DNA from: Treponemataceae bacterium
GTDB lineage: Bacteria > Spirochaetota > Spirochaetia > Treponematales > Rectinemataceae
Direction of reading: 5' to 3'
Assembly (NCBI GenBank): GCA_963678065.2
Contig: CAXXVZ010000003.1
Location: 384,001 to 448,000, forward strand
Length of the DNA: 64,000 nucleotides
Of the stretch, positions 55,137 through 64,000 are shown in pieces. The stretch's first letter is position 1, and every line of letters starts with the position of its first letter. A program made the translations under genes and the position numbers. Under the pieces are notes generated by a model. The model worked only from the letters and a program-made list of their open reading frames with translations, was not told the DNA's origin and made no database searches.

Positions 55137-57400
55137 GGGCGCCTCCGTCCGACAGGATTTGCGGCAAACTTCCGTAGGACGAGACTCGAAGCGAGACTCG
55201 CGGCGAAGAAGAACAGCAACCAGAGTTCGGGACGGGGGAGGAGGGCAAAGAAAGGTGTCCGGAAGCTGCGCAGGGCCTTTGCGTCCACTGTCCTCTGCCC
55301 TGAAAAGCCGTGGTTCGCCATCATGGAGAAACCTGAGACAACGGTCCCCCTGTCGACGATCCGCGCATGCCACTCGCCCGACTCCGGAAGGGCAGCCGCC
55401 GCCGCCCAGAGCCCCGAAGGGGAGCGACGAAACTTCGCCTCAATCTCCGGGGACCCGTTTTTTGAGAATACGATCCGGGGCTGGATCATCCGGTCTCCAC
55501 GGATGATGACCTCCGTCAGGCCATACATCTCCGCCACACTGAGTTCGAGGGGGGAGGTTGTGAAGAGAGAGTCGAGCCTCGATTTGAAGCCTGAGAGTGC
55601 CCGCGGAACAGAGAAGAAATCCTTTGTCATGGAACCGTGGATATCGCTCGCGAAAAACAGGCTTGCCCTGTTGCCGTATTCGCGGGAGGCGAAGAAGGGG
55701 TCCCCCGACTCGTTCGCGAAGACCACGAGAGCGCCGGGTCGCGCCGTGTACTGTGTCATGCCGCTGACTTCTCCCGATTTCGAACCGTCCAGCGCGATTA
55801 TGGGAATCCTGCCGCGCGCAAACGGAGGCCGCGCGACGCTTGTCCTGTCCTCGAACATGAGCGCTGGGATGCTGTCGGCCGATTCCACGGAGTAATATCG
55901 CCCCTTCGCGCGCGAAGCTATCGATGAAAGGAGGTTGCGGTTCGCGTCCTTGCCGATGCCCATGGCGGATATGGTGATGCCGCGGGACGCCGCGTCCGCG
56001 GCTATGGCGACGAAGTCGTCGGGTTTGCTGACACCGTCCGAGATGATGACAATGTGCTTTTCAGGGTAACTCTCGCGGGAAAGCGCCTCGATGCCTTCCC
56101 GGAGAACGGGCCCGAGCTCGGTGCCGCCCCGCGCCGTGATGGGCTCGAGGGGCAGCGCGGGTTTGAGCCCGGAGTTTCGCTCGAAGCGGTAGATCCATTC
56201 ATGGCTGTCCGAAAACAGCATCAGGCCGACAAGGTCTTCGGGTTTCAAATTTCTGAACAACTCGAGCCCGGTGACTTTGGCGAGGGAGAGTTTGTCCCCG
56301 AACATAGAGCCGGAAATATCGAGAAGGACGAGGATGGCCATGTCAGGCAGGTTTTTGAGTGAGCGTGGCAGAAGCGTGACGGGCAGGATCTCTTCGAGGG
56401 AAGGGTTTGCCCCTTCGATCCCGAAGTCAGGCGAGTCGGCGACGAAGAGCAGTGAGCCGCTCCGGTTGCGGATTGCCGCAAGAAGTCCCGATTCCATCTT
56501 TCCCCGTATTGCGGAAAGGGGTATTCCATCGAGAACGATGAGCTCGAAGGCGGACAGGTCGACGCCGCCGGCCGAGGCGGGGCTGAGCCTTTTCACCGTG
56601 TACAGTGAATCCAGAACCGTAGGCGAGGTGTTGTCGGAAACCAGGAGGAGTTCCGGTTTCCGCTCGATCTCAGACTCGAAGGAGAGTTCCTGTTTCAGGA
56701 TACGCCCGCCCGGCATAACTGCGCTGACGATGATCCCGACTGCCCGCTTCCTGTCCATCGTGATCGACAGGACTCTGTCGGGTGGCAGATCGGCTCCTGG
56801 GGCAGAAAAGACATACTTGTCGGTTCCGGAGAAGAGGACGGAGAGATGTTCAGCATGTGCAGCCTCGGGAGAGAGGAGCAGTTCCGCCCCGATCGTTCCG
56901 GAGAAGGAATCCAGCTTTCGTGTCGCCGCCTGGACTGGTGAAGAATCGTCCTCGCCGATGATTTTAAGCTCGACCCTGCGGACGCCGGCGGCTTCGCGGA
57001 TCGCTTCAAGCTCTTCCGCAGATGGCTTGCGGCTTGAAATGATTCTGAAACCGCAGGCCCGCCCGGGAGTCTCCGCCATATCCGCTATGACGGGCCCGAA
57101 TACGGGCGAGTCGGGCAGCAAGCTCATGTGCGCTCCGACTGTGTCCGTGAAGGCCTTTCTGTCGCGAGGAAGGGCGACGAGCTGATCTGGAAGGACAAGA
57201 AAGGTGTCGCGTCTTCCCGCCTCCGAGAAGAGAGCCCCCCGATTATTGTCTGCGGCCTGTCTGCCGAATGCCAGATAGCTCCGGTGCGGGACAAGAACAT
57301 AGGGGAGCGGCAGGGGCAGCGAGGCGATCCAGAGGGTCAGAAAAGCGAAGGGGAGAAACAGGATAGCGCGGCGCAGCCATCGCTGCCGATTCTGGCTCAT
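55133..57400 (-). CDS. Membrane-anchored vWA-domain protein with a flanking GATase-like region
   Basis: Intact MIDAS LLDISGSM...GGT...ISDG; N- and C-terminal TM segments. Confidence 0.82.
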   Translation of the reverse strand: MSQNRQRWLRRAILFLPFAFLTLWIASLPLPLPYVLVPHRSYLAFGRQAADNNRGALFSEAGRRDTFLVLPDQLVALPRDRKAFTDTVGAHMSLLPDSPVFGPVIADMAETPGRACGFRIISSRKPSAEELEAIREAAGVRRVELKIIGEDDSSPVQAATRKLDSFSGTIGAELLLSPEAAHAEHLSVLFSGTDKYVFSAPGADLPPDRVLSITMDRKRAVGIIVSAVMPGGRILKQELSFESEIERKPELLLVSDNTSPTVLDSLYTVKRLSPASAGGVDLSAFELIVLDGIPLSAIRGKMESGLLAAIRNRSGSLLFVADSPDFGIEGANPSLEEILPVTLLPRSLKNLPDMAILVLLDISGSMFGDKLSLAKVTGLELFRNLKPEDLVGLMLFSDSHEWIYRFERNSGLKPALPLEPITARGGTELGPVLREGIEALSRESYPEKHIVIISDGVSKPDDFVAIAADAASRGITISAMGIGKDANRNLLSSIASRAKGRYYSVESADSIPALMFEDRTSVARPPFARGRIPIIALDGSKSGEVSGMTQYTARPGALVVFANESGDPFFASREYGNRASLFFASDIHGSMTKDFFSVPRALSGFKSRLDSLFTTSPLELSVAEMYGLTEVIIRGDRMIQPRIVFSKNGSPEIEAKFRRSPSGLWAAAAALPESGEWHARIVDRGTVVSGFSMMANHGFSGQRTVDAKALRSFRTPFFALLPRPELWLLFFFAASLASSLVLRKFAANPVGRRRP

Positions 57401-57407
57401 CGGGAAA

Positions 57408-57436
57408 ATTGTAGCCCCACGCGGGAGTGAAAACAA
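57408..57436 (-). promoter_or_regulatory. Promoter of the vWA-MoxR operon (leaderless)
   Basis: TTGTTT-17 bp-TACAAT-7 nt-ATG. Confidence 0.6.
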
Positions 57437-57464
57437 CCGGCCGGAAGGCCGCGGCTATGGCCTT

Positions 57465-58328
57465 TCAGGACCCGCTGCGCCCGCGCTTGCCGCCTCTTGC
57501 TCCTGGCTTCCCCGACCCCCTGTGGTCCGGAACTGCCCGCGGTATGTATATGGAGCCTGGCTCGCGTCTGCCACGTGCCCCCTGTCCTCTCGACCCTCCT
57601 CGTTCCGAAGGCGGATTCGGCCTCTGCCCAGTCTGGCCTCTCGCCGCCGGAATCCCGGAGAGCGCTCTGTGGAAGCTTTCCGGGGCCGGGCTTTCGAGAC
57701 GCAGAACTTCTGCCGTGAAGGGATGCGTGAGGACAAGCAGGTGGGCGTGGAGGGCGAGTCGTCCCAGAGGATCGGTTCCGTCGCCATAGCGCGGATCGCC
57801 TGTCACCGGGTGCCCGACGGCTGCCAGCTGGACTCTGATCTGATGCTTGCGCCCGGTCTCCAGCCGCAGGTCGAGAAGACAGAGGCCACTGCCCGACTGG
57901 ATCACGCGCCAGCGCGTGATCGCCCGGAGTGAGCCGCGGAGGCCCGGTCGCGTCTCGTGAACCTGTCCGCCAGGGCTTTCGGCAAGCCAGGAGTCGAGGA
58001 CCCCCGACTCCCCGCCGGGAATTCCCGACACGAGCGCGGTGTAGCCCCGTTCTCTGACAAGTTCGTTCCAGTTGTCCATCAGCATTTTCTTGGCCCGGGC
58101 GTTTTTGGCGAAAACCATGACTCCCGAGGTGTCTCTGTCCAGCCGGTGGACAATGGCGGCTCGGCCCTTCGGATTCCTTCTCTGGATGTGCGCCGTGACT
58201 ATGTCGTAGAGATTTCTGCTCCGCGAGCCCTCGGGCGCCATCGTGGCCAGCCCTTCCGGCTTGTCCACCGCGACGATATCCGCGTCTTCGTAGAGAAAGA
58301 CGATCCTGTCCGCGCTACCCGGTCTCAT
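57465..58328 (-). CDS. RluA-family pseudouridine synthase
   Basis: DKPEGL, VHRLDRDTSG, TGRKHQIRVQL, GDPRYG, LALHA. Confidence 0.92.
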   Translation of the reverse strand: MRPGSADRIVFLYEDADIVAVDKPEGLATMAPEGSRSRNLYDIVTAHIQRRNPKGRAAIVHRLDRDTSGVMVFAKNARAKKMLMDNWNELVRERGYTALVSGIPGGESGVLDSWLAESPGGQVHETRPGLRGSLRAITRWRVIQSGSGLCLLDLRLETGRKHQIRVQLAAVGHPVTGDPRYGDGTDPLGRLALHAHLLVLTHPFTAEVLRLESPAPESFHRALSGIPAARGQTGQRPNPPSERGGSRGQGARGRREPGSIYIPRAVPDHRGSGKPGARGGKRGRSGS

Positions 58329-58341
58329 TGCGGCTCTCCGT

Positions 58342-59340
58342 TCATTCGGGATCGAAAGGTGTGCCGAGTGAGGCCGGCGGCTTCGCGTTCAGCGCGGTGA
58401 GAATCCGCGCGATTTCCCGACGGACCGATTCCGGCAATCGCGCGAGACTCCGCTCGACCCACTCGGCCTTTCCGATATTGACGACGAGAAGGGTGAGTAT
58501 CATGAGAGGGAAGGGAGCGACCTGGAGGACTTGCGCGGGAATCGAGGGCAGGCTCGGCTGGAGGACGAGACCCAGCCACTGAAGTACGGCAAAAAGATAT
58601 GCTCCGGCCGCGGCGCGCAGAGGATTCCATCCGCCGAAAATCGTGATGGCGAGCGCTATCCAGCCGATGCCGTCGAGTCCGGAGATCGTTCCCTTCCAGC
58701 CCGCCTTGACAGAGAGCGAATAGATGGGGCCCGCGAGGCCCGCGATGGCCCCTCCAACGACGGTGTACAAGTACCTGAGGCGGTTCACCTTCGCGCCCCG
58801 CACATAGGCGGCGGCCGGCGCCTCGCCGATCCCCCGCAGCACGAGTCCCTGCCGCGTCCTGAAGACGAAGAACCAGGCGAGCGCGATGAGGATGAAACTC
58901 GCGTACGTCATGATGTCCTGCCTGAAGAGGAGCGGGCCGAGGAGGGGAATCCGCGAAAGGAGCGGGAGCGGAAGAGTGTTGAGACGGGGGGCGGGAAGGC
59001 CCATGACGGGATTTCCGAGGAAGTAGGCGAGATCGCGGCAGAGGAGCGCGAGGACGAATCCGACGGCCACCTGGGACTGTTTGAGACTGATCCCCGCGAA
59101 GGCGACGACGAGTGCGACGGCGGCGCCTATCGCGGCGCCCGCGGCGAACCCGACGACAAGGCTCCCCGTCGCTATCGTCGCCGCGAAACTCCCCATCGCC
59201 GAGAGGAGGATGGTTCCGTTCATGGAAAGGTTGAGGACGCCCGCCCGCTCGCTGATGGTTTCTCCCATGACGGCGAAAATTACCGGGGCCGCCGCCGCGA
59301 GCACCGCGGCGAGGCTGGTGAGAAGGGCTTCTCCTGTCAT
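58342..59340 (-). CDS. Nucleoside/simple-sugar ABC permease (CUT2)
   Basis: GETISERAGVLNL, GIGWIALAITIFGGWNP. Confidence 0.88.
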   Translation of the reverse strand: MTGEALLTSLAAVLAAAAPVIFAVMGETISERAGVLNLSMNGTILLSAMGSFAATIATGSLVVGFAAGAAIGAAVALVVAFAGISLKQSQVAVGFVLALLCRDLAYFLGNPVMGLPAPRLNTLPLPLLSRIPLLGPLLFRQDIMTYASFILIALAWFFVFRTRQGLVLRGIGEAPAAAYVRGAKVNRLRYLYTVVGGAIAGLAGPIYSLSVKAGWKGTISGLDGIGWIALAITIFGGWNPLRAAAGAYLFAVLQWLGLVLQPSLPSIPAQVLQVAPFPLMILTLLVVNIGKAEWVERSLARLPESVRREIARILTALNAKPPASLGTPFDPE

Positions 59341-60386
59341 GATTCCGCCTTTGCGCGCGCAAGAAGCTTGCGCTTGAGGCCCTGGGCGAGGAGCACAGAG
59401 AGTACGAGTGTCCCCTGAATGACTCCTGCGAGGGATGAATCCAGCCTGAGCACAATGGGCAGCCGTATCGATCCGACGTTGAGGGCCGCAAAAAAGAGGG
59501 CGACGGGCACGACGGGGCCGGCATTGTAGTTCACGAGCATCGCGACCATGAGGCCGAGGTATCCGTAGCCGCTCGAGATGGATGGAATGAGCCGGTGGTA
59601 GACGGCCGTCACCTGGACGGCCCCGGCTGTTCCCGCGAGAAAGCCGCAGATCGCGAAGGAGGCCATCATATGCTGCCAGGTGGGGATGCCAAGGATGTAG
59701 GAGGATCTCGGGTTTTTCCCGACCGCTTTGAGACGGAGGCCGAAATGGGTTCCTCTGAGGAGAACGAAAACTGCGGCGATTGCGGCCGCGGCGAGGACTG
59801 TCGGAACGATAGAGAACCTCGACTGGGCAGCGATTGTCGGCATCCACATCGCCTCGGGGAAGGGAAGAGTGCCCGACATCGATGCGACGCCCGGCCGCTT
59901 CCAGGGACCGAAGATGAGCCAGAGATTGAGGGCCGTCGCGACAAAGTTGAGTCCGAGCCCTCCGAAAATCTCGTTGACGCCTCCGAAAGTCTTCAGGGCT
60001 CCCGCGAGCAGCGCCCACAGGGCCCCGCCAGCCATGCCTGCGAGGATTGCGATGGCGAGGACGAGGGTGGGAGAGAGTCCTGACTCGAAGGTCGAGCGCA
60101 TTGCCCAGGTCGCGAAAATCCCTCCGAGCGTGATCTGTCCCTCGATGCCTATGTTCCAGAGCCCCACGGTGAAGGTGACGAGGAGGCCCGAGGCCACGAG
60201 GATGAGGGGCACCCAGGACACGATGACGTCGTCCCAGACATCGGGTGACACGGAACCTAGGATGATGTTTCCGAAGGCCGCGATGGGCGATGTGCCCGTC
60301 AGGATGAGGATAATGGAGGTGAAGGCGAGGGCGGCGAGGACGGCTCCCGCGCCGAAGGCGAGATCGCGCAGGCTCTGTCTAGGCAC
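59337..60386 (-). CDS. Nucleoside/simple-sugar ABC permease (CUT2)
   Basis: GLWNIGIEGQ, GVNEI, LKAVGKNP, GYGYLGLMVA. Confidence 0.88.
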   Translation of the reverse strand: MPRQSLRDLAFGAGAVLAALAFTSIILILTGTSPIAAFGNIILGSVSPDVWDDVIVSWVPLILVASGLLVTFTVGLWNIGIEGQITLGGIFATWAMRSTFESGLSPTLVLAIAILAGMAGGALWALLAGALKTFGGVNEIFGGLGLNFVATALNLWLIFGPWKRPGVASMSGTLPFPEAMWMPTIAAQSRFSIVPTVLAAAAIAAVFVLLRGTHFGLRLKAVGKNPRSSYILGIPTWQHMMASFAICGFLAGTAGAVQVTAVYHRLIPSISSGYGYLGLMVAMLVNYNAGPVVPVALFFAALNVGSIRLPIVLRLDSSLAGVIQGTLVLSVLLAQGLKRKLLARAKAES

Positions 60387-61881
60387 GGTCGGACTCCTTT
60401 CCTGAAAGGCTCTCCCAATCCCTGCCTCCGATGAGGCGGCCGAGTTTCTCCACGCCGAGCGATTCAGCATCGAGGGGGGGCGAGACCTTCCCGGCGAAGA
60501 AAACGAGGACACGGTCGCTGTAGCGGAGAATCTCGTCGAGGTCGGAGGAGATGAAGACAATTGCCGTGCCGGTGGTGCAGCGTTCCTTCAGCTTGCTCCA
60601 GATGTAAATGGTCGATTCGATGTCGAGGCCGCGCGTGGGATGTTCGACGAGGATGAGGGAGAGCCGCGTCTTCATGAGGGCGAGGAGGGCTCTCTGCTGG
60701 TTCCCCCCGGAGAGGGATTCCACCCTGCTGTCGGGTCTGCCTTTTATGTTGAACTCTTCGATTCTCCGCTTCGTGAATTCGAGGTAGCGTCCGCGGTCGA
60801 CGAAAAACTCGGCCGAGCCGTCCGCGAGGGCGAAATGCTCCGCGAGGCTCATGCCCGGAATGAGTCCTTCCTCCATGCGCGAGGCGGGGAGGTAGGCCAC
60901 ACCGTGCCTGCGGAAGTCGTGGTGGGTTTTGCCAGTCATGACCTTCTCTTCCTCGTCGAGGCAGAAAGCTCCTTCAGCGGGCTGCATGAGGCCGCCACAG
61001 GCTCCGAGGAAGAGCGACTGCCCCGACCCTTCCATGCCTGCGAGCCCGATGACCTCGCCCGCCCGGACATCGAGGTCGACACCGCGGATCTGCAGCCTGA
61101 TGCTATCGAGCGAGACCTTCTTGACCGAGAGAACTTTCCGTCCTGGCGCGATGTGGGCGCGTGGGGCGAGGCAGACCTCCTTGCCGAACATGAGCGAGAC
61201 TAACGCCTCGGTGCGGAAGGGGGGCAGGGCGATTCCCGCGAGGGCTCCCTGCCTGAGTACGGCGGCGGCGGTGCACAGCGCCTCCACGTCCTCGAGCTTG
61301 TGCGAGACGAAGAGCACTGTCATGCCTTCGGACGCGAGTTTCCGGAGGGTCGCGAAGAGTTTTTCCTTCTGCGGGAGGCTTATGCCCGTCGTCGGCTCGT
61401 CGAGGATGAGGGTCTTCGCGCCGAGCCAGAGAAGCCGGAGAATCTCGAGTTGCTGGCGTTCTCCGACTGTCAGCGAATCGACCCGGACTGATGGATCGAG
61501 GTCGAAATCGAGCCGGGCCGCCAATTCCCTGAACTCACGGCCCGTCTTGCGCCTGTCTGGGACGATTCTGCCATTCGCGCCGAGAAGGAAGTCGTCGAGT
61601 ATGCTCAGGGTCGGAAAGTCGAGAGGATCCTGGTGGAGCATGCCGATGCCGCGGGCTATTGCGTCTGCAGGCGACTGGATCACAGCCGGCGCGCCGTCCA
61701 GGAGGATGGTTCCGGAGTCGGGTCTCTGGAAGCCCGAGAGGATTTTCATGAGGGTACTTTTCCCGGCACCATTCTCTCCGAGGATACCCTGTATGGTCGA
61801 GGCGGGAATATCGAGCGAAATTCCGTCGTTGGCTCTGACCCTGCCAAATGTCTTGCGGATGTTTCGCAGTTCTATGCGCAT
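60379..61881 (-). CDS. Double-domain ABC ATP-binding protein (CUT2)
   Basis: GENGAGKSTLMK, LILDEPT, LSGGNQQ, PTRGLD. Confidence 0.9.
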   Translation of the reverse strand: MRIELRNIRKTFGRVRANDGISLDIPASTIQGILGENGAGKSTLMKILSGFQRPDSGTILLDGAPAVIQSPADAIARGIGMLHQDPLDFPTLSILDDFLLGANGRIVPDRRKTGREFRELAARLDFDLDPSVRVDSLTVGERQQLEILRLLWLGAKTLILDEPTTGISLPQKEKLFATLRKLASEGMTVLFVSHKLEDVEALCTAAAVLRQGALAGIALPPFRTEALVSLMFGKEVCLAPRAHIAPGRKVLSVKKVSLDSIRLQIRGVDLDVRAGEVIGLAGMEGSGQSLFLGACGGLMQPAEGAFCLDEEEKVMTGKTHHDFRRHGVAYLPASRMEEGLIPGMSLAEHFALADGSAEFFVDRGRYLEFTKRRIEEFNIKGRPDSRVESLSGGNQQRALLALMKTRLSLILVEHPTRGLDIESTIYIWSKLKERCTTGTAIVFISSDLDEILRYSDRVLVFFAGKVSPPLDAESLGVEKLGRLIGGRDWESLSGKESDRA

Positions 61882-61999
61882 GGATGCCCTTTTTACGGCG
61901 AAGACCTGCGATCCGGCAGGTCTTCGCGCGGGAAAATCCGGGATTCGAGGTGAGGAAGGCGGCTCAAGAAGGCCACCTTCCCCTGCAATCGACTTTGGG

Positions 62000-63199
62000 C
62001 TATTTGGAGACGCTCTGGCCGGCCATGCCGGAAAGGAGCTGGGGCAGATACCAGACCTGCTGGTCGGTCGCGGTCTGTCCATCTTTCAGGTAGACGCTGC
62101 CGTCCTGGAGACTGACTGGACCTTTCCAGAGATTGAGGCCCTTTGCCAGCTCGCCTATGAACTTGTCGATGCCGTCGCTCGCGGCCTTGGAGAGAGTTCC
62201 TTTGGCGAAACCGACGGCCGAGCTGTCGGCGTTGTTTATGTTCTTCCAGTCGGGAGCGTTCCACTCGAAGTGGCTCTTCCAGCTGCCGGCCATAGCTGCC
62301 TTGGCCGCTGTGGTGTAGGCGGGCCCCCAGTTGAAGTAGGGGACGCCGAGGGAGACACCCTTCCCCTCGTCGATGGCCTTGGCGTAGTCGTAGGGGACAG
62401 CCCAGACCTGTTTGCCCTGCGCGGTGAACTTGGCAGCTTCGGCGACGGCCTCCGTCGTGTCGATGCCGGAGATCACAACATCGTATCCGGTGTTGAAGAA
62501 GTCGTCGGCGACCTGGGTGGGATCGGACGTGACGCCAGGGATGTTGAACCAGAAGCCGATCCAACTCACCTTGAACTTGAGCTGAGTGGGGTCTTTCTTG
62601 AGGTAGTTGACCCAGGCGTAGTGCGCGCCGAGGTAGGCGGAGGAGGCGAGCCGGCGGGTCTCGTCGTTGATGAGGGGGCCGAGATAGCCGATCTGGCCGG
62701 TCTTGGTGGTCAGGGCCGCGGCGACGCCGGCTATCATCTTGCCGTACTCCATCCTGCCCATGACGTTGACCATGTTGGCGAGCGGCTTGTACGCCTTTCC
62801 TTCTTTCCACTGCTGGTCGCCCGAGGTCATGATGACGAAGATGTCCTGATGAGCCTGAGCAAACTTGACCGCTTCGTCCGTCATGTCATCCGAGCTGAAG
62901 ATGACGAGCTTCGCGCCCTGGCTCACGAGGCTTTCCCCGAGCTGGGAGGCCGTGGTTCCGGGCCTGTCCGCGGGGTTGACCTTGTCGATGTAGACCATCT
63001 TGGTTCCAGGGACCTTGGCGTTGACATACTTCACGCCGTCGTAGTTGGCCTGACTCCATCCGTGGTCGTTGTAGGGACCGACCATGAGGAGGCCGATTGT
63101 GAGAGAGGCGCCCGTAGCGGGCGGGGCGCTCTGCGCGAAGGCGCCCGACGCGAGGGCAAACGCGAGCAGCGCGAACGAAAGAGTGCGGAGAATTTTCAT
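62000..63199 (-). CDS. BMP-family ABC substrate-binding protein (probably nucleosides)
   Basis: GPYNDHGWSQANYDG, AALTTKTGQIGYLG, GFWF, FNWGPAY; type I signal peptide ending AFA. Confidence 0.87.
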   Translation of the reverse strand: MKILRTLSFALLAFALASGAFAQSAPPATGASLTIGLLMVGPYNDHGWSQANYDGVKYVNAKVPGTKMVYIDKVNPADRPGTTASQLGESLVSQGAKLVIFSSDDMTDEAVKFAQAHQDIFVIMTSGDQQWKEGKAYKPLANMVNVMGRMEYGKMIAGVAAALTTKTGQIGYLGPLINDETRRLASSAYLGAHYAWVNYLKKDPTQLKFKVSWIGFWFNIPGVTSDPTQVADDFFNTGYDVVISGIDTTEAVAEAAKFTAQGKQVWAVPYDYAKAIDEGKGVSLGVPYFNWGPAYTTAAKAAMAGSWKSHFEWNAPDWKNINNADSSAVGFAKGTLSKAASDGIDKFIGELAKGLNLWKGPVSLQDGSVYLKDGQTATDQQVWYLPQLLSGMAGQSVSK

Positions 63200-63270
63200 G
63201 CCTGTGCTCCTTGGCCGCGAGAATATCATGGACAGACTCAAGGCGGCTGCGGCTCTGCCACCACTCCTGC

Positions 63271-63298
63271 ATTATAGAACTTCCCCGGCGATTGGCAA
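63271..63298 (-). promoter_or_regulatory. Promoter of the BMP ABC operon
   Basis: TTGCCA-16 bp-TATAAT. Confidence 0.65.
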
Positions 63299-63325
63299 GC
63301 AATCCCGCAAAGGACAATAGGGGCA

Positions 63326-63367
63326 GAAAAGCGGAAAGCCGCCCCGGCAATGCCGGAGCGGCTTTCC
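63326..63367 (-). terminator. Terminator after tmRNA
   Basis: GGAAAGCCGCTCCGGC-att-GCCGGGGCGGCTTTCC then GCTTTT on the minus strand. Confidence 0.75.
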
Positions 63368-63372
63368 TTCCA

Positions 63373-63730
63373 TGGAGGTGGCGGGAGTTGAACCCGCGTC
63401 CCCGAACGCGCACCATGCGCCTCTACAGGTTTGTCCGTCCTTTCAGGTTGTCGGGGTGGGGGTCGCGGATCGGCGCGCTTTCCCACCCGTATCCCGGAAT
63501 CTGTCCCCGGCGCCGTCCGGATCCGGCGTCGGGCAAGCCTTGGTCGGTTACAGACGCATCGGCCGCTCGAGGCAGCGCAGCCGCGCGTCCGTCGTCACAG
63601 CGCTACTTACGCAGCGAGGGCGAGGGTGCCGTTGTTGTTGGCACATAAAGTTTTGCCGAATGTTAGGAGATCGGCGGCTCCACCTGCAACACATGATACG
63701 GACCGCACGGGTCGAGACCGGTGCACCCCC
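63373..63730 (-). ncRNA. ssrA: tmRNA, tag peptide (A)ANNNGTLALAA at 63642-63607
   Basis: 5' GGGGGTGCACCGGTCTCGAC, 3' GCGGGTTCAACTCCCGCCACCTCCA, G3-U pair in the acceptor stem, tag ORF ending LAA-TAA. Confidence 0.95.
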
Positions 63731-63762
63731 TGTCGTTCGATGAGGGTTACCGCATCGGATCA

Positions 63763-63791
63763 ACTATACGGATGAAACCCGCCCAGGTCAA
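63763..63791 (-). promoter_or_regulatory. ssrA promoter
   Basis: TTGACC-17 bp-TATAGT. Confidence 0.7.
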
Positions 63792-63864
63792 GCCGAGAGC
63801 TTTTCGGGAAAATTCCGACTGCCGCGATCCGCTGTCTCCCTCAGAACCTTCTACTACGAGGGCG

Positions 63865-64000
63865 TCAGAGCTTGAAAGCCGAATCTATGACGCCGCCACC
63901 GAGGACCCTTCCATCTTCGGAATAGAGCACGGCCGATTGTCCGGGGGCGACGGCCCTCTGAGCAATATCGAACTCTATGCGCGCGCCTCTGCCGACATCT
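63865..64000 (-). CDS. mnmA: tRNA 2-thiouridine synthase MnmA, 3' end (partial)
   Basis: EFDIAQRAVAPGQSAVLYSEDGRVLGGGVI...KL*. Confidence 0.85.
   Translation of the reverse strand, partial: DVGRGARIEFDIAQRAVAPGQSAVLYSEDGRVLGGGVIDSAFKL

Noticed and set aside
61955..61980. Hairpin between the BMP and ATPase genes
   Set aside because: It is an ordinary stabilising or attenuating hairpin of the kind that follows substrate-binding-protein genes
63200..63270. Purine riboswitch in the BMP leader
   Set aside because: The leader is only about 65 nt and lacks the conserved purine-riboswitch core
60929..63277. 782-aa plus-strand ORF
   Set aside because: It is the antisense shadow of the well-supported ABC ATPase and BMP genes, has no motifs, and is typical of GC-rich codon bias

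Overview
This is a gene-dense, GC-rich bacterial core-genome window, most likely from a spirochaete. The evidence is rplM-rpsI-recX synteny, a stand-alone groES, a short hinge-less SMC, a long thymidine kinase and a Ter/FabV-type enoyl reductase. It contains the end of an opp operon, a ThrRS-domain nucleoside kinase, lacI-pepF, rsmE, a fabH-fabF-fabX-like-fabZ-fabV cluster, ftsH and groES, two PTS EIIA genes, tRNA-Arg(CCT) and a multidomain adenylate cyclase. It also holds an RNB ribonuclease, smc-alaX, tdk, oppA, a PhoB/PhoR-type pair, pyrK-pyrD, pncA-pncB, a MATE transporter, an 8-gene vWA/PrsW/MoxR/DUF58 operon, an RluA gene, a BMP-type nucleoside ABC transporter, tmRNA and the end of mnmA. 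I saw no integrase, transposase or CRISPR array. The main leads are: (1) a MoxR-vWA-DUF58 operon with an embedded PrsW-type intramembrane protease; (2) a FabX-like Fe-S flavoprotein beside FabV, with a perfect 17-bp inverted repeat upstream of the operon; (3) a threonine-synthase homologue that has lost its catalytic motifs; (4) about seven apparently leaderless genes; (5) a cyclase-2x2TM-coiled-coil fusion; (6) a Pho-box-like repeat inside the end of pyrD; (7) recurrent in-frame loop insertions in housekeeping enzymes. All assignments come from reading motifs by eye; no database searches were run.
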